Below are positions 34,131 through 49,260 of a stretch of DNA of 64,000 nt, piece by piece. This DNA comes from the human T2T-CHM13v2.0 reference genome, Homo sapiens. Location of the stretch: the NCBI RefSeq assembly GCF_009914755.1, contig NC_060941.1, one strand, 5' to 3'. A program made the translations under genes and the position numbers. Under the pieces are notes generated by a model. That model saw only the letters and a list, made by a program, of their open reading frames with translations, did not search any database and had not been told where the DNA came from. How positions within the stretch are numbered: the first letter of the stretch is position 1; each line of letters begins with the position of its first letter.

Positions 34131-36979
34131 CAAGTCTCAATGGGAGGCTGGGGATGTAAGACCCGTTGGCTGGGGAATGCCAGAGTTGGAGGGGGTGGGG
34201 CTTAGAAGCCTGTTTCCAGCTGACCTTTTATGTCCCCAGATGAGCTCTGGCACCCTCAGAGATTAACCCTACACACGTTTCCTAAGGGCACACGGCTAGA
34301 AAGCAGCCCAGTTAACACCAGTCGAGGGTCATTTCCACTGCAATACAGTCACCGGCTGGGTGATGGGACCCAGGCCAGATGTCGTCCCTGCACTAGGCTC
34401 TCAGCTCTTTTCTCTTTCAAAGTACAGTGTAGCAGAGAATAGGACCAAATCTTTGGTGATTTAATAATTATCTACATGCTCATCTATGGCTGAAGCAGCT
34501 GCTTGGTAGGAAAACTGGACAGGAGATAGATAGGTACAAGGTCGAACTCTGCCTCTAGAGCTGTGAGTGCTCTTTGAAAATGTGACTTTATTCTCTGGGC
34601 TGCAGAAGCCTCATCTGCAAAATAAGTAGTTTGGACTAAAATCCAGTTGATCTGCGAATGGCCAGTTGACCTGGGTCCAGTTTCCCCCCCGTCCCGCCCC
34701 CAGCCTCAACTGCTTCAGAGAAGAGCCATGTTCCCATTTAATGCTTGAGGAACCTGAGCCAGAGGGATAGGTGGAGTCACAGACCTTGAGGACCTTGGCC
34801 AAGATTCTTGGGGTGGGGGACTGGGTTGGTGGCCTGGATGAATTCCCAATTAGGAAATTACATTCTAAGTCCCGGCTGCCTCCATTCCCTGTGGGGTGCG
34901 ATTGTCAGTCACAGCTTGGCCTTCTACCTCGAGCAAGCTGCTTTTGGAGAGATGCAGACTAGTGGGTTGCGGGCGGGGGGGCGGGGGTGACTTTGGTGCC
35001 CAGCACTACAATTTGTTGACTGTGTGTGACTTCTCTCCAAAGAGAGACCCCAAAGAGAGAAAGCGATACCAATGAAGGCCATTCAGGCACCCATGTTTAA
35101 GGGGGTCCCCCAGGCTAATTTCTTACTTGCGAGGAAGCCTTCATGGCAGTCAATGCGCTTTCACATGTGGCCTCTCCCCGACCCTCACTGGCCGGGTGGA
35201 GACTATGAGTCCTCGTTTCACAGACATGACATTGGGGTTCAGAGAAATGAAGTGAGGTGCCCAAGGCCATCCAGTAAATAAAGGACGGAGCTCTTTCACA
35301 ATCCCTTGGGCCTGGCCCTTGGAAACTTTCGCTGATGAAGTGATGATGGGTGAGAGTCAGGCTTGCAGCAGGAAAAGGGCAAACGGGGCAGGGGAGGGAG
35401 TGCCCGGATGTCCTGGCCAGGAGGTGTGTCCGTGGGAGAAGCAGCCTGGCTCAGAGCCCAAGTCCAGCAGGCCCGGGGGAGGGTGGCCTCATGGCTCCAG
35501 TCAGCCCAGCTGGGCCTGCAAGGACCCCTGGTCGGGCAGGGGCTTCTCAGTGTAAAACCCTAACAGGGGCGTTGAGAGGATTACCCGAGAGGGGGCTGCA
35601 TCCTGTGCTTAGCTCAGGGCATGGCTCATGTTTGCTCTCAATATTATTTATTTCTCTCCCAAAGAGAACAAGCAGGATGTCCTCTGGCTCCATGGTGCCT
35701 GCTCCTCAGCCCGACAGGAGCAGCTGTGGAACAGCCACTGTGTGCTTAATAAACATGCAGACATTTGATTGAATTCTCAGCACGGGGTGGCTGGTATGAT
35801 TATCTCCATTTTACAGAGGACAAAATGGCCCAAGGTCATACAGCGTCAAAGAAGCAGGTCACAGGGCCACACCAGGCTCTGGCCGACCCCAGGCCTGTGT
35901 CCTTTCCTGGAGCCTGGCGTTCCTGCTCCACACGCCTGGGCTTCAAAGTCCCCCTGGCATTTGGCTCAGCCCTGTGGCAGGCTGTCCTGGGACTGGTTTA
36001 CATTTAGCCCTGGACTGGCTGGTCAGTTCCTTCATCCAGCTCCCACTTTGGGTCTTATTTATTTCCTTCTTGGGGGGCTGTCCAACACTTCCATGCTTTG
36101 CCTGCCCATAACTGTCCCCGTTTGCCCATGACAGTTCTGGTTTGACTATTGGCATCCTGAGTTCTGGGAGACCCCTCAGGTCTGAGCAAGTTACCCAATA
36201 GGTCACCTTGCCATCACCACACACATACCCCTACACTGGGCCAGGAGACCCAGCAATGAGTGAAACAGACACCAGCACCCCCATTGAGGGAGCCAATGAT
36301 CTGGTAGAAGATAGAGACATTCAAGGAATATATCCCTTCCCAAGAGAAGACACGGCAGTGCATGGGGTGGGGTGCGAAAAGGCTTAGCCCCAGCAAACTG
36401 GGGGCAGAGAGGAGCCGCAGAGCCTCAGAGAGGCTGGGGAGCTGGCAACTGGCCTGGTTTCCCAAGGAAACTACCCCACCAAGCATCTTCATATGGGCAT
36501 GTCTTTGTGTGTTCGTGTGTGTCTGTGTGTGGTAGGTGCATGTGTATGTGCATAACACATGGCAGGAGTGCCGAAAGCCCTTGCTGGATGAGTGAATGAA
36601 GTGCACCTGGTCCCTCCAGGATAGCCCCCCACCCCCAGGTCCTGGGCCAGAGGCCCCTCCTCCAAGTACACTTGAGTACCCTGTGGAGAGCTCCAGAGGG
36701 CTTCCGGTCTCCCCATCCAGGCCTCCTCTGTCTCCTGGGGAACTGAGGCCCAGGGAGTGTGTGTGTCTTGCCTGAGGACTTGCCTCTGCAGGAGAAAGTT
36801 ACAGGCCATCCACAGACACTCCCAGCCCTCAAACCCTGCTCTCCAGCTGTGCCAGTGATTCTCTGCTCTCTAAGGGTCTGGAAACTTCTGGACTCTGGAG
36901 CAACAACCTTGTTCCCCAAGGCCAGGGCAGACCTCTCTATCTGAGTCCCTTGGGGAAGCTCCTAGCATGTTTTCCCCCA

Positions 36980-37365
36980 CAATCTTTCTTGTGGCACAGA
37001 CAGCCTTCCTGAAATGCAGCTGAGATGAAGTCACTGCCCTGGTTAAAGCCTCCCAAAGCCTTCCCTTGCTCTTGGGGTCAAGCCCAGCCTCCTTAGCCTG
37101 GCACTGGGGCCTGTGTGAGTCCTGCCTACTCGCCCCCCTCCCCAGGACTCCATCCCCACTGCCCACCTCTAGGCTAATCTTGCTGGCCTTATCTTGGCCT
37201 CTGCATATGCACATGCTTTTTCCTGGGCTTGGAGTGCTCTTCCTGCCTTCCTCCGAAAAACTCAGCCCACTAGCTCCTTCTCCAGGGAACTCCTCTGCCT
37301 TCTTCCTCCTGAGTTGGGTGCCCACGCACGCCTTGTTTCGTGTTGGTAGTCAACGAATGTATGGA
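36980..37365 (+). mobile_element. L2 fragment
   Basis: gatgaagtcactgccctggttaaagcctcc...ttcctgggcttggagtgctcttcc resembles L2. Confidence 0.55.
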
Positions 37366-39079
37366 CTTGGGCAAGTTACTCCTCCATCACCGCTGCAAAG
37401 TGGGGATACCAGCACCTGCTCATGGTGTTTCACAGTGGGGCCGGCCAGGAGCCTGGACCAGTGAGTGATGGTTCCCGTCCCTTTGGGGGACCGTAAGGGC
37501 GGCTGAGGATGGGGCCTGGGGGCGCTCTGCGAGTGGGGACATTCCCCTCAGCCCAGCGCGGCGGCCAGGGTTGGGCCTGCCCCCTTCCCCTCCTGGAGGC
37601 CAGGCGCGGGCCGAGGAGACCCTGCCTGAATGTGCCCTAAACCTGGGGGGTTGAGACTAGAGGGGTGCTCGACAGGCCTGCGTGCTGGGTGTCTTCAGAT
37701 GAAGGGCGACGAAATCCTGAGGGCAATGAGCCTCCGTGCGCACGCGCGCTGGTGACACCTCCTCCCTCTCCCAGGGAAGCGCGGCCAGGGGAGGGGCGTT
37801 TCTTGCCGCAGGACGGTTGCTGGTGACCCGGCCGGATTACTGTCATCTGTGGACTGCCTGCGCTGTGCGGGCAGTGGCTCCCTCCTACCACTAGGTGGGG
37901 ATCTGGAGTCGTTCAAACCAGGAGTCCGGGGCTTGGGTTCAGGCCTGGAGCCCCTCGCCCTCCTGCCGCCAGCCAGGGTTTCCCAGCCTGCCTGACTGCC
38001 GCCTCCCGGGCACTGGGCCCGCGCTCTGTGCCTCCACTCTCATTTCTAGCTAGGTCCTGCTGCCAGAGAATAACATTGAGGCAAATGAATGAGAACACCG
38101 ACTGTGCAGCCCGAGGGGCCTGGGTTCAAATCCCAGCTGCACCTTTGGTTCTGGGGATTTGGCTCGTTGGGCCTCCACTTTCCTCATCTCTAAAATAGAC
38201 TCGTCTACTCATTCTGCAAAGGGCAGGAGGAAATGTGGCTGCCCTGATCGCCACCCAGAGTGGGGGGAATGGACAGTGTTCTGTCGTCTGATCCCTCACA
38301 TAGGACAGCTAACCTGGACAGCACCTGTGTTCCAAGACTTCCTCATGCTCTTGTCTCACCGATAGAAACTTACCTGTTCCAGGGCTCCCTCCCTGGGGAC
38401 CTTGCTGGGAGAGAGGGGCCCATCTGACTTAATGCACTGCCTTTCCAGGTGCTGTGCTTGCAGCTTCCATCTGAGCCAGAGTGGGGGACCCATCTGGCCT
38501 GGGTCCCAGGGGCACCATTGCAGAGGCGCAGTTGTCCCCACCCCACCCCCCCATGCCCATCACACAAGGGCCCTGCCTCTTCTTCCTCCGTCAGGCTCTG
38601 GGTCAAGGCTGAGGGATAATTTCCCTTCTCCCCCATTCACAGGCAGGAAAACTGAGGTTCAGAGAACCCAGGACAGGTTCTATCTGTGGGGAAAAGGGAA
38701 GGTTTGGCCCAGGGAAAGGGAACATGGAGGTTGGGGTTGTTCCTTCTAAGTCACCAGTCTTGGTCTTGGTCACGTTGGTTCAGGTGTCCCCTTCTCCCAT
38801 GCCTCGTTGATCTTTCCCCTGACATAGGAGGGATTTGTATGACAGTCCCCATCTGTTCAGACACCGGAACCTGCCGCGCCCAGAGGGAGCTGCCCTCCCT
38901 GACTCTCACCCCTTTGGGAGCCAGAGGTCTCTTCCCCAGGGTGGAAAGACAGAGGTTAAGAAGGGGTTAACTCTTCTTGCCTTCACATCACGACAACAAG
39001 TATGTGTTGAGCAATGGCTGCAGTGTCATGTGCTGCGCATCCTCCCTCTTTCTCTCACGTGCTCTGGACTCCTTGCCAT

Positions 39080-39960
39080 TTTTTCTTTCTTTTTAAAAAT
39101 TGAGGCCGGGCACGGTGGCTCATGCCTGTAATCCCAGCACTTTGGGAGGCCGAGGCAGGAGGATCACCTGAGGTCAGGAATTCGAGACCAGCCTGACCAA
39201 TATGATGAAACCCTGTCTCTACTAAAAATACAAAAATTAGCCGGGCATGGTGGCATGTGCATGTAATCCCAGCTACTCGGGGGGCTGAGGCAGGAGAATC
39301 ACTTTAAGCCAGGAGTCGGAGGTTGCAGTGAGCCGAGATTGCACCATTGCACTCCAGCCTGGGCAACTAGAGTGAAACTCTGTCTCAAAAAAAAATTATT
39401 TGCATAAAATGTACTATCAAAGGGTACAATTCACTGGTTTTTTACTATATTTACAAGATTGCACAACAATCACCACTGTCACTCCCCAGCCCTTGACAAC
39501 CACCAATCCACTCTCTGTCTCTGTGGATTTGCCCATTCTGGACATTTTATATCAATGGAATCATATACTCTGTGTTTTTTTTTGTGACTGGCTTCTTCCA
39601 CTTAGCCTAATATTTTCAAGGCTTACCCATGTTGTAGCACATATTGATACTTTCATTCTTTGTACAGCTGAATCATATTCCATTACCTGGTGATACCATG
39701 TTTTATTTATTCACCATCGGTTGATGGGCATTTGGGTTGTTTCCACATTTGACTATTATGAATAATGCTGCTATGAACACTGATGTACAAGTCTTTGTGT
39801 GAACATATGTTTTCATTTCTCTTGGGTATGTCTAGGAGTGGAATTGCTGGATCAAATAATAACTCTAACATTTTTCCCCACCAGCATCCAAAGCAGTTAA
39901 TGCTAACTTTTTGAGGAGCCACCAAACTGTTTATCAAAGTGCCTGTACTATGGTACCCTC
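39080..39960 (-). mobile_element. L1MB-like 3' fragment, interrupted by an Alu at 39104-39394
   Basis: caaccaccaatccactctctgtctctgtggatttgcc...gatgggcatttgggttgtttccac...ggagtggaattgctggatca. Confidence 0.85.
39104..39394 (+). mobile_element. AluS
   Basis: Full-length Alu with A tail. Confidence 0.95.
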
Positions 39961-40829
39961 CCACCTGCAATTCCTTGCCATTTCTTGAATGTACCAGACA
40001 CACCCCTCCTTGGTCCCTGACTTCTTTCTTGGAGAGGCCATCGTTGGCCATCTGATGTAAAACAGGAGCCTACTTTCACCCCCTTCACTCCCTTTCTCCC
40101 TTCCTCCCTTCCTCTGTTTGGTTGTTGATACTGGACGCGCTGAGACTATTTTACTTACTTATTTTGTTTATTGCTTTCCCTCACTAGAATGGAGCTTTGT
40201 TCATTGTTCTATCATTAGTCCTAGAATATACCTGGCACATGTAGGTGTTCAATCAATGTTTATTGAGTAACATGAGTTACTCAAGAAATGTAGGGTGCCA
40301 TGCTGGGTACACAAGGCATAGCATGATAAGAACTCATGGAAATGGACCAAGTGCTACCGAGGCCACAGGGAGGTAAACCAAGTGTCACTGAGGCCTCCTG
40401 CCTGAACATTTCTTCACCTATTGAGTCGGCCATGGGGGTTCAGGACCACCCATGCTCTCACCCTCATCAGACCAACAGAGAAGAAGAACTGGGCCTCCTC
40501 CCTCAAACTAGGCAAGGGTTCGGGAAACAGGTTAGTTAGCCACACAGTCATCACGACAGTTCTGTCTACTGGCTGTAGACAGTGCAATCGCTGAGTGAAA
40601 GGATTTGAAGGGTGGCAATTGGAGAGGGTATTCAAGTGTGTCAGTGCCCTGCGTCAGCCCTGTCTGTCCCCATCCAGGTCTCAGTCTGCCTTGGAGACCC
40701 AGATGTGAGAGCTGCTCAGCAGGGAAAGATGTTGGCCTTTTCCCATGCCAGGAGTGAGGATCACAGTCCTGGCTGTCCAGCCAACCCAGTGGGTCTTTTA
40801 TGGCTTCACCTCAGCTGGCCTCTGGACAT

Positions 40830-42120
<1,291 letters not shown>

Positions 42121-42499
42121 AGGAGTAATGCCATTGGAGTAGTGACAGGGCAGACTGATTGGATGTGGCCAGCTATAGGACTATCCCATTGCACAGATGA
42201 GGCTTGGAGAGATAAGGTAGCTTCCAGTACCGTAGAGCTAGAGACAGTCAGGATTCAAACGCACATCTGTCATCTCTTCCCAGAAAACCACCCTGCCTCC
42301 TTTTAAAGTGCTGAGTTAAAATATCCCTTGAAGAAGTAGATTCCTGTAGACAGCCATATCATTCCCAGTACCCCTTGCAGCAACTGCCATAGAGAGGATT
42401 GCTTGGGAGGTGGGGTCGGCCGCACTCTCAGACAAGATCCTTTACCAGCTCTCCGTGGTTGAAAGGGTCTCTGGTCATTGACTCCAAGTGTCATACTAA

Positions 42500-44415
42500 A
42501 TCATCAATCCAAACAAGGTTTGATTTTTGGCAAGGGTGCCAAGATCATTCAGTGTGGGAAGGATAGTCTTTTCAACAAATGGTGTGGGAAAAACTGGATG
42601 TCCACATGCAAAAGAATGAAGTTGAACCCTTACCTTACATGATATACAAAATTAACCCCCAAATGCATCAAAGACCTAAACTTAAGAGCGAAAGCTATAA
42701 AACTCTTAGAAGAAATCACAGCGGGGAATCTTCATGACCTTGAATTTGGCAATGGTTTAAAAAATGTGACTCTAAAAGCATAGATGACAAAAGAAAAAAC
42801 AGATAAATTGAACTTCACAAAATTAAATTACTTTTGTGCACCCAAACACACTATCAAGAAAGTAGAAATGCAACTCACAGAACGGAAAAAAGGATTTCTA
42901 AATAATATATCTGACAAGAATTTAATATCAAAATATATAATTTCTACAACTTAACAACAAAAAGAAAAATAACTCAATTACAAAATGGGCAAAGGACCTC
43001 GAATAGACACTTTTTCCAAAGAGGATATACAAGTGACCAGTAAGAACATGAAAAGATGCTCAACATCATTAGTCATTAAGGAACTGCAAATCAAAACCAC
43101 GAGATATCACTCCACACTTACCAGGATGCCTAGAATTTAAAGAGAGAGTGAGCCAGGAATGGCAGCGCACAACTGTCATCCAATCTACTTGGGAGGCTGA
43201 GGAGGGAAAATCACTTAAGCCCAGGATTTATAATCTAGCCTGGGCAAAATAGTGAGACCACCATCTGTACTAGAAAGAAGAAAGAAAGAGAAAGAGAGAG
43301 AGAGAGAGGGAGGGAGGGAAGAAGGATGGAGGGAAGAGGGAAAGGGAGGGAAGAGAAGGGAAGGAGGAAAGAAAGAAAGTCCAAACAAATTGGCAAGGAT
43401 GTGAAGGAAAAAAAAATTTTTTTTTTGAGACAAGGTCTCACTCTGTCGCCCAGGCAGGAGGGCAGTGGCGCAATTATACCTTACTACAGCCATAATCTCC
43501 TGGACTCAAGTGACTCTCTGCTTCAGCCTCCCAGGTAGCTGGCTTTATAGGTGTGCACTACCACTCCTGGCTAATTTTTGATTTTTTGTAGACAAGGTCT
43601 CACTATGTTGCCCAGGCTGATCTCAAACTCCTGAACTCAAGTGATCCTCTTGCCTCAGCCTTGCAACATGCTGGGGTTACAGGTATGATCCACCACACCA
43701 GCCCTGCATGTGGAGCAGTTGGAACTCACGTACATTCTGTTGAAAATGTACAATGGTGAAGTTTCTGTGGAAAACAGTATGGTGGTTCTCCAAAAAGCCA
43801 AACATAGAGTTACCACATGGTTCAGCAATTGCACTCTTAGGTGTACACCCAAAGGCATTGAAAACAGACACTCAGGCAGATACTTGTACACCAGTGTATA
43901 TTGCAGCATTATCCACAGTAGCTGAAAGTTGAATACAATCTCAATGTCCATTAACAGATGAATGGATAAACAAAATGTGGTATATACATTCAATGGAATA
44001 TCATTCAGCCATACAAATAAGTGAAGTTCTGATACATGCTATTTGCTCTATATTGTATATACATGCTATAAAATATAGAAAAAACTTGAAATCATGATGC
44101 TAAAGTGAAATAAGCTAGACACAAAGGGACAAATATTGTATGATTGTGCTTTGCTGAAATATCTACAATAGGAAAAGTCACAGAAACAGAAAGGAGAGTA
44201 GAGGTTACCAGGGGCTGGGAGGAGAGGGTAATGAGGAGTTATTGCTTAATGAGTACAGAGTTTCCATTTGGAATGATAAGAAGTTTCAGAAATAGATTGT
44301 GGTGATAGTTACATAACAATGTGAATGTACTTAATGCCACTAAACTGTACACCTAAAATGGTTTAAATGGGAAATTTTATGTTGTATATGTATATTTTGT
44401 CCCAACATTAAAAAT
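42500..44415 (+). mobile_element. L1MB-like ORF2 3' part and 3' UTR, interrupted by a FLAM/Alu (+, 43150-43275, GA-rich tail) and an AluJ (-, 43417-43705)
   Basis: gatagtcttttcaacaaatggtg...catcaaagacctaaac...gatgaatggataaacaaaatgtggtatatac...cttaatgccactaaactgtacac. Confidence 0.9.
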
Positions 44416-44419
44416 ATGG

Positions 44420-44832
<413 letters not shown>

Positions 44833-46155
44833 TTATGAATGAACAAATTTGTATGAATAGACAAACACCTTTCTCTCGATTTGGCAGTCAAGCGAAAACT
44901 GCTCTAAAAAATTTAAAAAGGATATGCATCTTGCACATAGAGAGGTCTACTTGACAATTTGTTTTCCAACAAATATATATTGAGCAAGCATTCAATGCAG
45001 TCGTCTGGTTGGCACTGGGAGGTCCATGACACAGTTGTGCCCTCAGGGGGCCTGGGGCTGCAGTGGAGCTTGCCAAGTTCTCAAAGAGAGAGGGGAGCTG
45101 GATGAGAAGGACATGTTGAGAGCAAAGAACATGAATTTGCCTCCTCAGTGTTTCCAAACTGCCCAGGGCGTTGATTAAAAGCATTAACGTCATCCAAGTT
45201 CCATCCTGACCTACTGAGTCTGAACGTGCTTGGCTGGATCTCCATTCCCAGGTGGGAATCCAAGCCAGAGGACTTGAACTAGGAGGGAGTGAGAAGGGCC
45301 GCGCAGCTTCCTCCCTGCCCATGGCCAGTGAGGATTCACCAACTCCATTCTCTCCATTCCTAGAGCCTCATGCCCTGGCTGCCAGAAGTTGCCCTGTCTA
45401 AAGCTCTCCTTCAGGAGAAGCTCAGACTTTGTGTCCATCTTGGGAGAAACAGAAAACAGCTCTCCCGCCCTCTCCGTCTCACCATCTTTCAGAAGCGTAA
45501 AGGCTTATTAAAAGCTTCTGCAATTTGGGCAAAGTACTGATCCTTTGCGTAGATGGTATTTCTGCTCCTCTGGCCTGAAAACTCAACGCTAACCCAGTAC
45601 CCCTGGCGAACACATCCACCATGTTGAGAATGGTGGGTGTGGGGGTGTGTGGGAGAGGTTCTGCCCTCTGCTCACTCAGGCCTCAGGAGCCGAGGTCACC
45701 ATGCACCTGCTACTCTTTGGGCATCCATTTTGTTTTCATGGGCCAAGCTCTGGAACGGGGAAGGCATATGTGGACAGTGGGCAGAGACATTGAGAGACGG
45801 TCTGTGTCTCAGCCAGAGATCACCTGGCACCTCGGGTTCAGCCACTAGACCTCTTCTTAAGGCTGGCTGGCACTGACTTAGGCATCCCCAGCATGCCAGG
45901 CCTTTGGGCAGAGGGCAAGAGTTCAGGCCTCAGCTGTTCTTCCCAACCTAGAAGAGGGTAGCTGTCTTCTATTTGAGCATATGCTTTGGGATCGTATTTT
46001 AAAATCCTAAATCAGGACAGCAGACCTGATAAATAATTTGTGAATTGATCGATGTGTAAAGTCCTTTAAAAGCATCCAAGTCAAATCCGTTACATATTAA
46101 ATACATTTCTTGAAAAGAGTGCAGCTAAAGTGACTCTGTCCTGGAAATGTGAGGC

Positions 46156-46363
46156 CAGGGGTTCTTAAACAGGGGCAATTTTGGACCCCATGGGACATCT
46201 GGCAATATGTTTGGAGACATATTTGGTTTTCACAACCTGTCACCAGCATCTAGTGGGTAGAGGCCAGTGATGCTGCTAACTATCCTACAATGCACAGGGC
46301 AGCCCCCATAATTTGGAATTCTCAGGCCCCAAATGTCAGTAGTGTCGAGTTTGGGAAACCTTG
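46156..46363 (+). mobile_element. MER20 (hAT-Charlie DNA transposon)
   Basis: cagggggttct...ggcaattttgg...gcatctagtgggtagaggccagtgatgctgctaac...aaatgtcagtagtg...gaaaccttg. Confidence 0.85.
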
Positions 46364-47219
46364 CTCTCCGCTCTCTGGGGCTGTGCCTGTGCACCCCAGG
46401 GTGTCCGCCCAGCCTTGGTTTTTTCCTCGTACTTCATGTCTACTTTGGTACTGTCTGTGACACTATTGTCAGAGGGGAGAGGCTTGGAACCCCTCAGCTC
46501 TCTGCTGCTTCCTTTTTTGTTGGCAGATGCAGGGAGATGACTACCTTTGAAGAGGTGACCCAGATACCAAGGCAAGCCTGGCAAGGGGCAGGGGGTGTCT
46601 TGAGTAAGCATCTCCCACTGGGGAGATGAAAGCAGGGACCGGATGCAGCAAGAGGGTGGGAAGGAGCACTGGATTTAGAGGGAGAGGCGCAGGCTCCAAC
46701 TCTGTCTGACTCCGCCCCTAACCTGGCCATTTAGCCTCTGTGCCTCAGAGGCATTGTCCGTTGGGCACAGGTTCTAAACAGGGTTATTGTGAGGGTTAGG
46801 GAGAGGAAGGATGGGACAGGGTTGTGGAAAGCACTAAGGCTGGGCAGCAGCAACTTGTGGAGTCCCTGCTGTGTATGCTGACTTAGGAGGGCCCCAGCTG
46901 GGCTGGCAGGTTGGGAGAGGGTAGGGCTGGGCCAAGGGAAGAGTGTGGAACGCTGGGAGTGCGTGCTCTCTAGTTACAGTGATGTGCAGACAACTGGTGT
47001 GCCTGGAGCACAGAAAAGGACTGGCTGGCAAGATAGTGCCGGGCAGCATGTGGAGCCTCCCATTTGGGGGCGCTGCTTTCCTTTGTAGCTCTCAGACAGA
47101 GGGAGCAGGAGGCCTACATGAGCCTGGACGTGCACCCAGGCCTCTTGCCTGGAGGTTAGCGCAGGGAATGATGTGCTGGAGCAGGTGGGCTCCGTGTATT
47201 TGGCCAAAAGCAGGTTGAG

Positions 47220-47510
47220 GTTGGGCACCATGGCTCAAGCCTGTAATCCCAACACTTTGGGAGGCTGAGGTGGGAAGATCACTTGAGCCCAGGAGTTTGA
47301 GTCCAGCCTGGGCAATATAGCAAGACCCCATTTCTAAAAATTTTTTTTAATTAGCTGGGTGTGGTGGCATGCATCTGTAGTCCCAGCCTGGAATGGCTGA
47401 GATAGAAGGATCACTTGAGCCTAGGAGGTCGAGGTTGCAGTGAGCCAAGGCCATGCCACTGCACTCCAGCCTGGGCAACAGAGTGAGATGCCATTAAAAA
47501 AAAAAAAAGA
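47220..47510 (+). mobile_element. AluJ
   Basis: Diverged full-length Alu. Confidence 0.9.
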
Positions 47511-47932
47511 TAAATTAGATTTGAAAGTCCTAAAAGCATCCGTGTGTGTGTGTGCGTGTGTGTGTGTATAATTTTTAATTTAAAAAAAATTTTTTGTTTT
47601 TTTGCTTTTTGTTGTAATTTTTTTTGAGACGACGGAGTCTCGCTGTCACCCAGACTGGAGTGCAGTGGCACAATCTCGGCTCAATGCCACCTCCAGCTCC
47701 TGGGTTCAGCCTCCTGAGTAGCTGGGACTACAAGTGTGTAATTTTTTTAGACGAGATATTGGAGTACAGAGGTCACATTTGCTGCCCAGAATTTAGAAAC
47801 AGACACTCACTGACTAGGAGTGTGACCCTTGGGCTGTTATTCAGCTTTTCTCTACTTCAGTTTTCTCATTTACAGAAGGTGAGTCATAGTGATGGGGCCA
47901 AAGGAATGCAGGAGCCCACTGAAAGAGCTCCT

Positions 47933-48091
47933 GTGATCCTTCTATCTCAGCCATTCCAGGCTGGGACTACAGATGCATGCCACCACACCCAGCTAATTAA
48001 AAAAAAAAATTTTAGAAATGCGGTCTTGCTATATTGCCCAGGCTGGACTCAAACTCCTGGGCTCAAGTGATCTTCCCACCTCAGCCTCCCA
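47933..48091 (-). repeat. Inverted near-identical copy of AluJ segment 47258-47414
   Basis: The reverse complement shares the private mutations of that AluJ; one substitution plus A/T-run length differences. Confidence 0.9.
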
Positions 48092-49260
48092 GTGGCCAAA
48101 GCTAGAACAATTTGAGCAACAAAATACATAACGTACTACTGAATTATAACCCAACATATAACACAAAGATCCAGGAGTTATACTGAGACAAATAAATGAT
48201 TGAGTGAAATAAGTGAATCAATGGGAAAGAATAGACAAATCTGTAAAGAAGAACTCCAAATATTGATGTAGATACTCCATGCTTAAGAAGGTGGAGTGTA
48301 ACTCCCCACTCCTGAAGCGTGGGCTGTGCCAGTGATTTCCTTCCAGCTACTACAGTATGGAAAGGGACAAAAGGAAACCTTTCGCAGTGGAAAGCTGGCA
48401 AACACTACCTCACTCTGGTGACCAAGGCTAGCATCATTAGTGAGAAGTCATAACATGTCTTCAATATGATTGATGAGAATGACACCCCACTTCTCTGGCC
48501 TTCCTCCCCCAAACCCATAACTTCAGCCTAATCATAAGAAAAATACCAAACAAACCCCAGTCAAGGAACATTCCACCAAATGCCTGACAGCACTTCCTAA
48601 AACTGTTCAGGACATCAAACACAAGGAATGTCTGAGAAACTGGCATAGCCATGATTAGCCTATGGTGACATGATAACAAAATGCAATGTGGTCTCCTGGA
48701 TGGAATCCTAGAACAGAAAAAGGACATTCAGTAAAAAAAGCTAAGCAAGTCTGAAAGAAGTGTGGATGTTAGTTGTGACAAATTGGTATGGTTTGGCTGT
48801 GTCCCCACCCAAATCTCATCTTGAATTCCCACGTGTTGTGGGAGGGATCAGGTGGAGGTAATTGAATCATGGAGGCAGTTTTCTCCATACTGTTCTCGTG
48901 ATAATGAGCAAATCTCACGAGATCTGATGGTTTTATAAGCTTCTGGCATTTCCCCTGCTTATACTCATTCTCTCTCCTGCTGCCCTGTGAAGAGGTGCCT
49001 TCCACCAAGATTGTAAGTCTCCTGAGGCCTTCCCAGCTATGCAGAACTGTGAGTCAATTAAACCTCTCTTCTTTATAAATTACCCAGTCTCAGATATTTC
49101 TTCATAGCAGTGTGAGAATGAACTAGTACACAAACATACTATATTAATGTAAGATGTTAACAATAGAAGAAACTGGGTGTGAGGCAGAATATGGGAAGTC
49201 TATGTGCTGTTTTTGCAACTTTTCTATAAATCTATTCTAAAAATGAGTTTCTTTTTAAAA
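48092..49260 (+). mobile_element. L1MC/L1MD-like 3' region, interrupted by a THE1 LTR
   Basis: aactccccactcctgaagcgtgggctg...aaatgcaatgtggtctcctggatggaatcctagaacagaaaaaggacatt. Confidence 0.7.
48784..49130 (+). mobile_element. THE1 (THE1D-like) MaLR solo LTR
   Basis: TG...CA ends; tggtttggctgtgtccccacccaaatctcatcttgaatt start; 5-bp TSD caaat/caaac. Confidence 0.9.
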
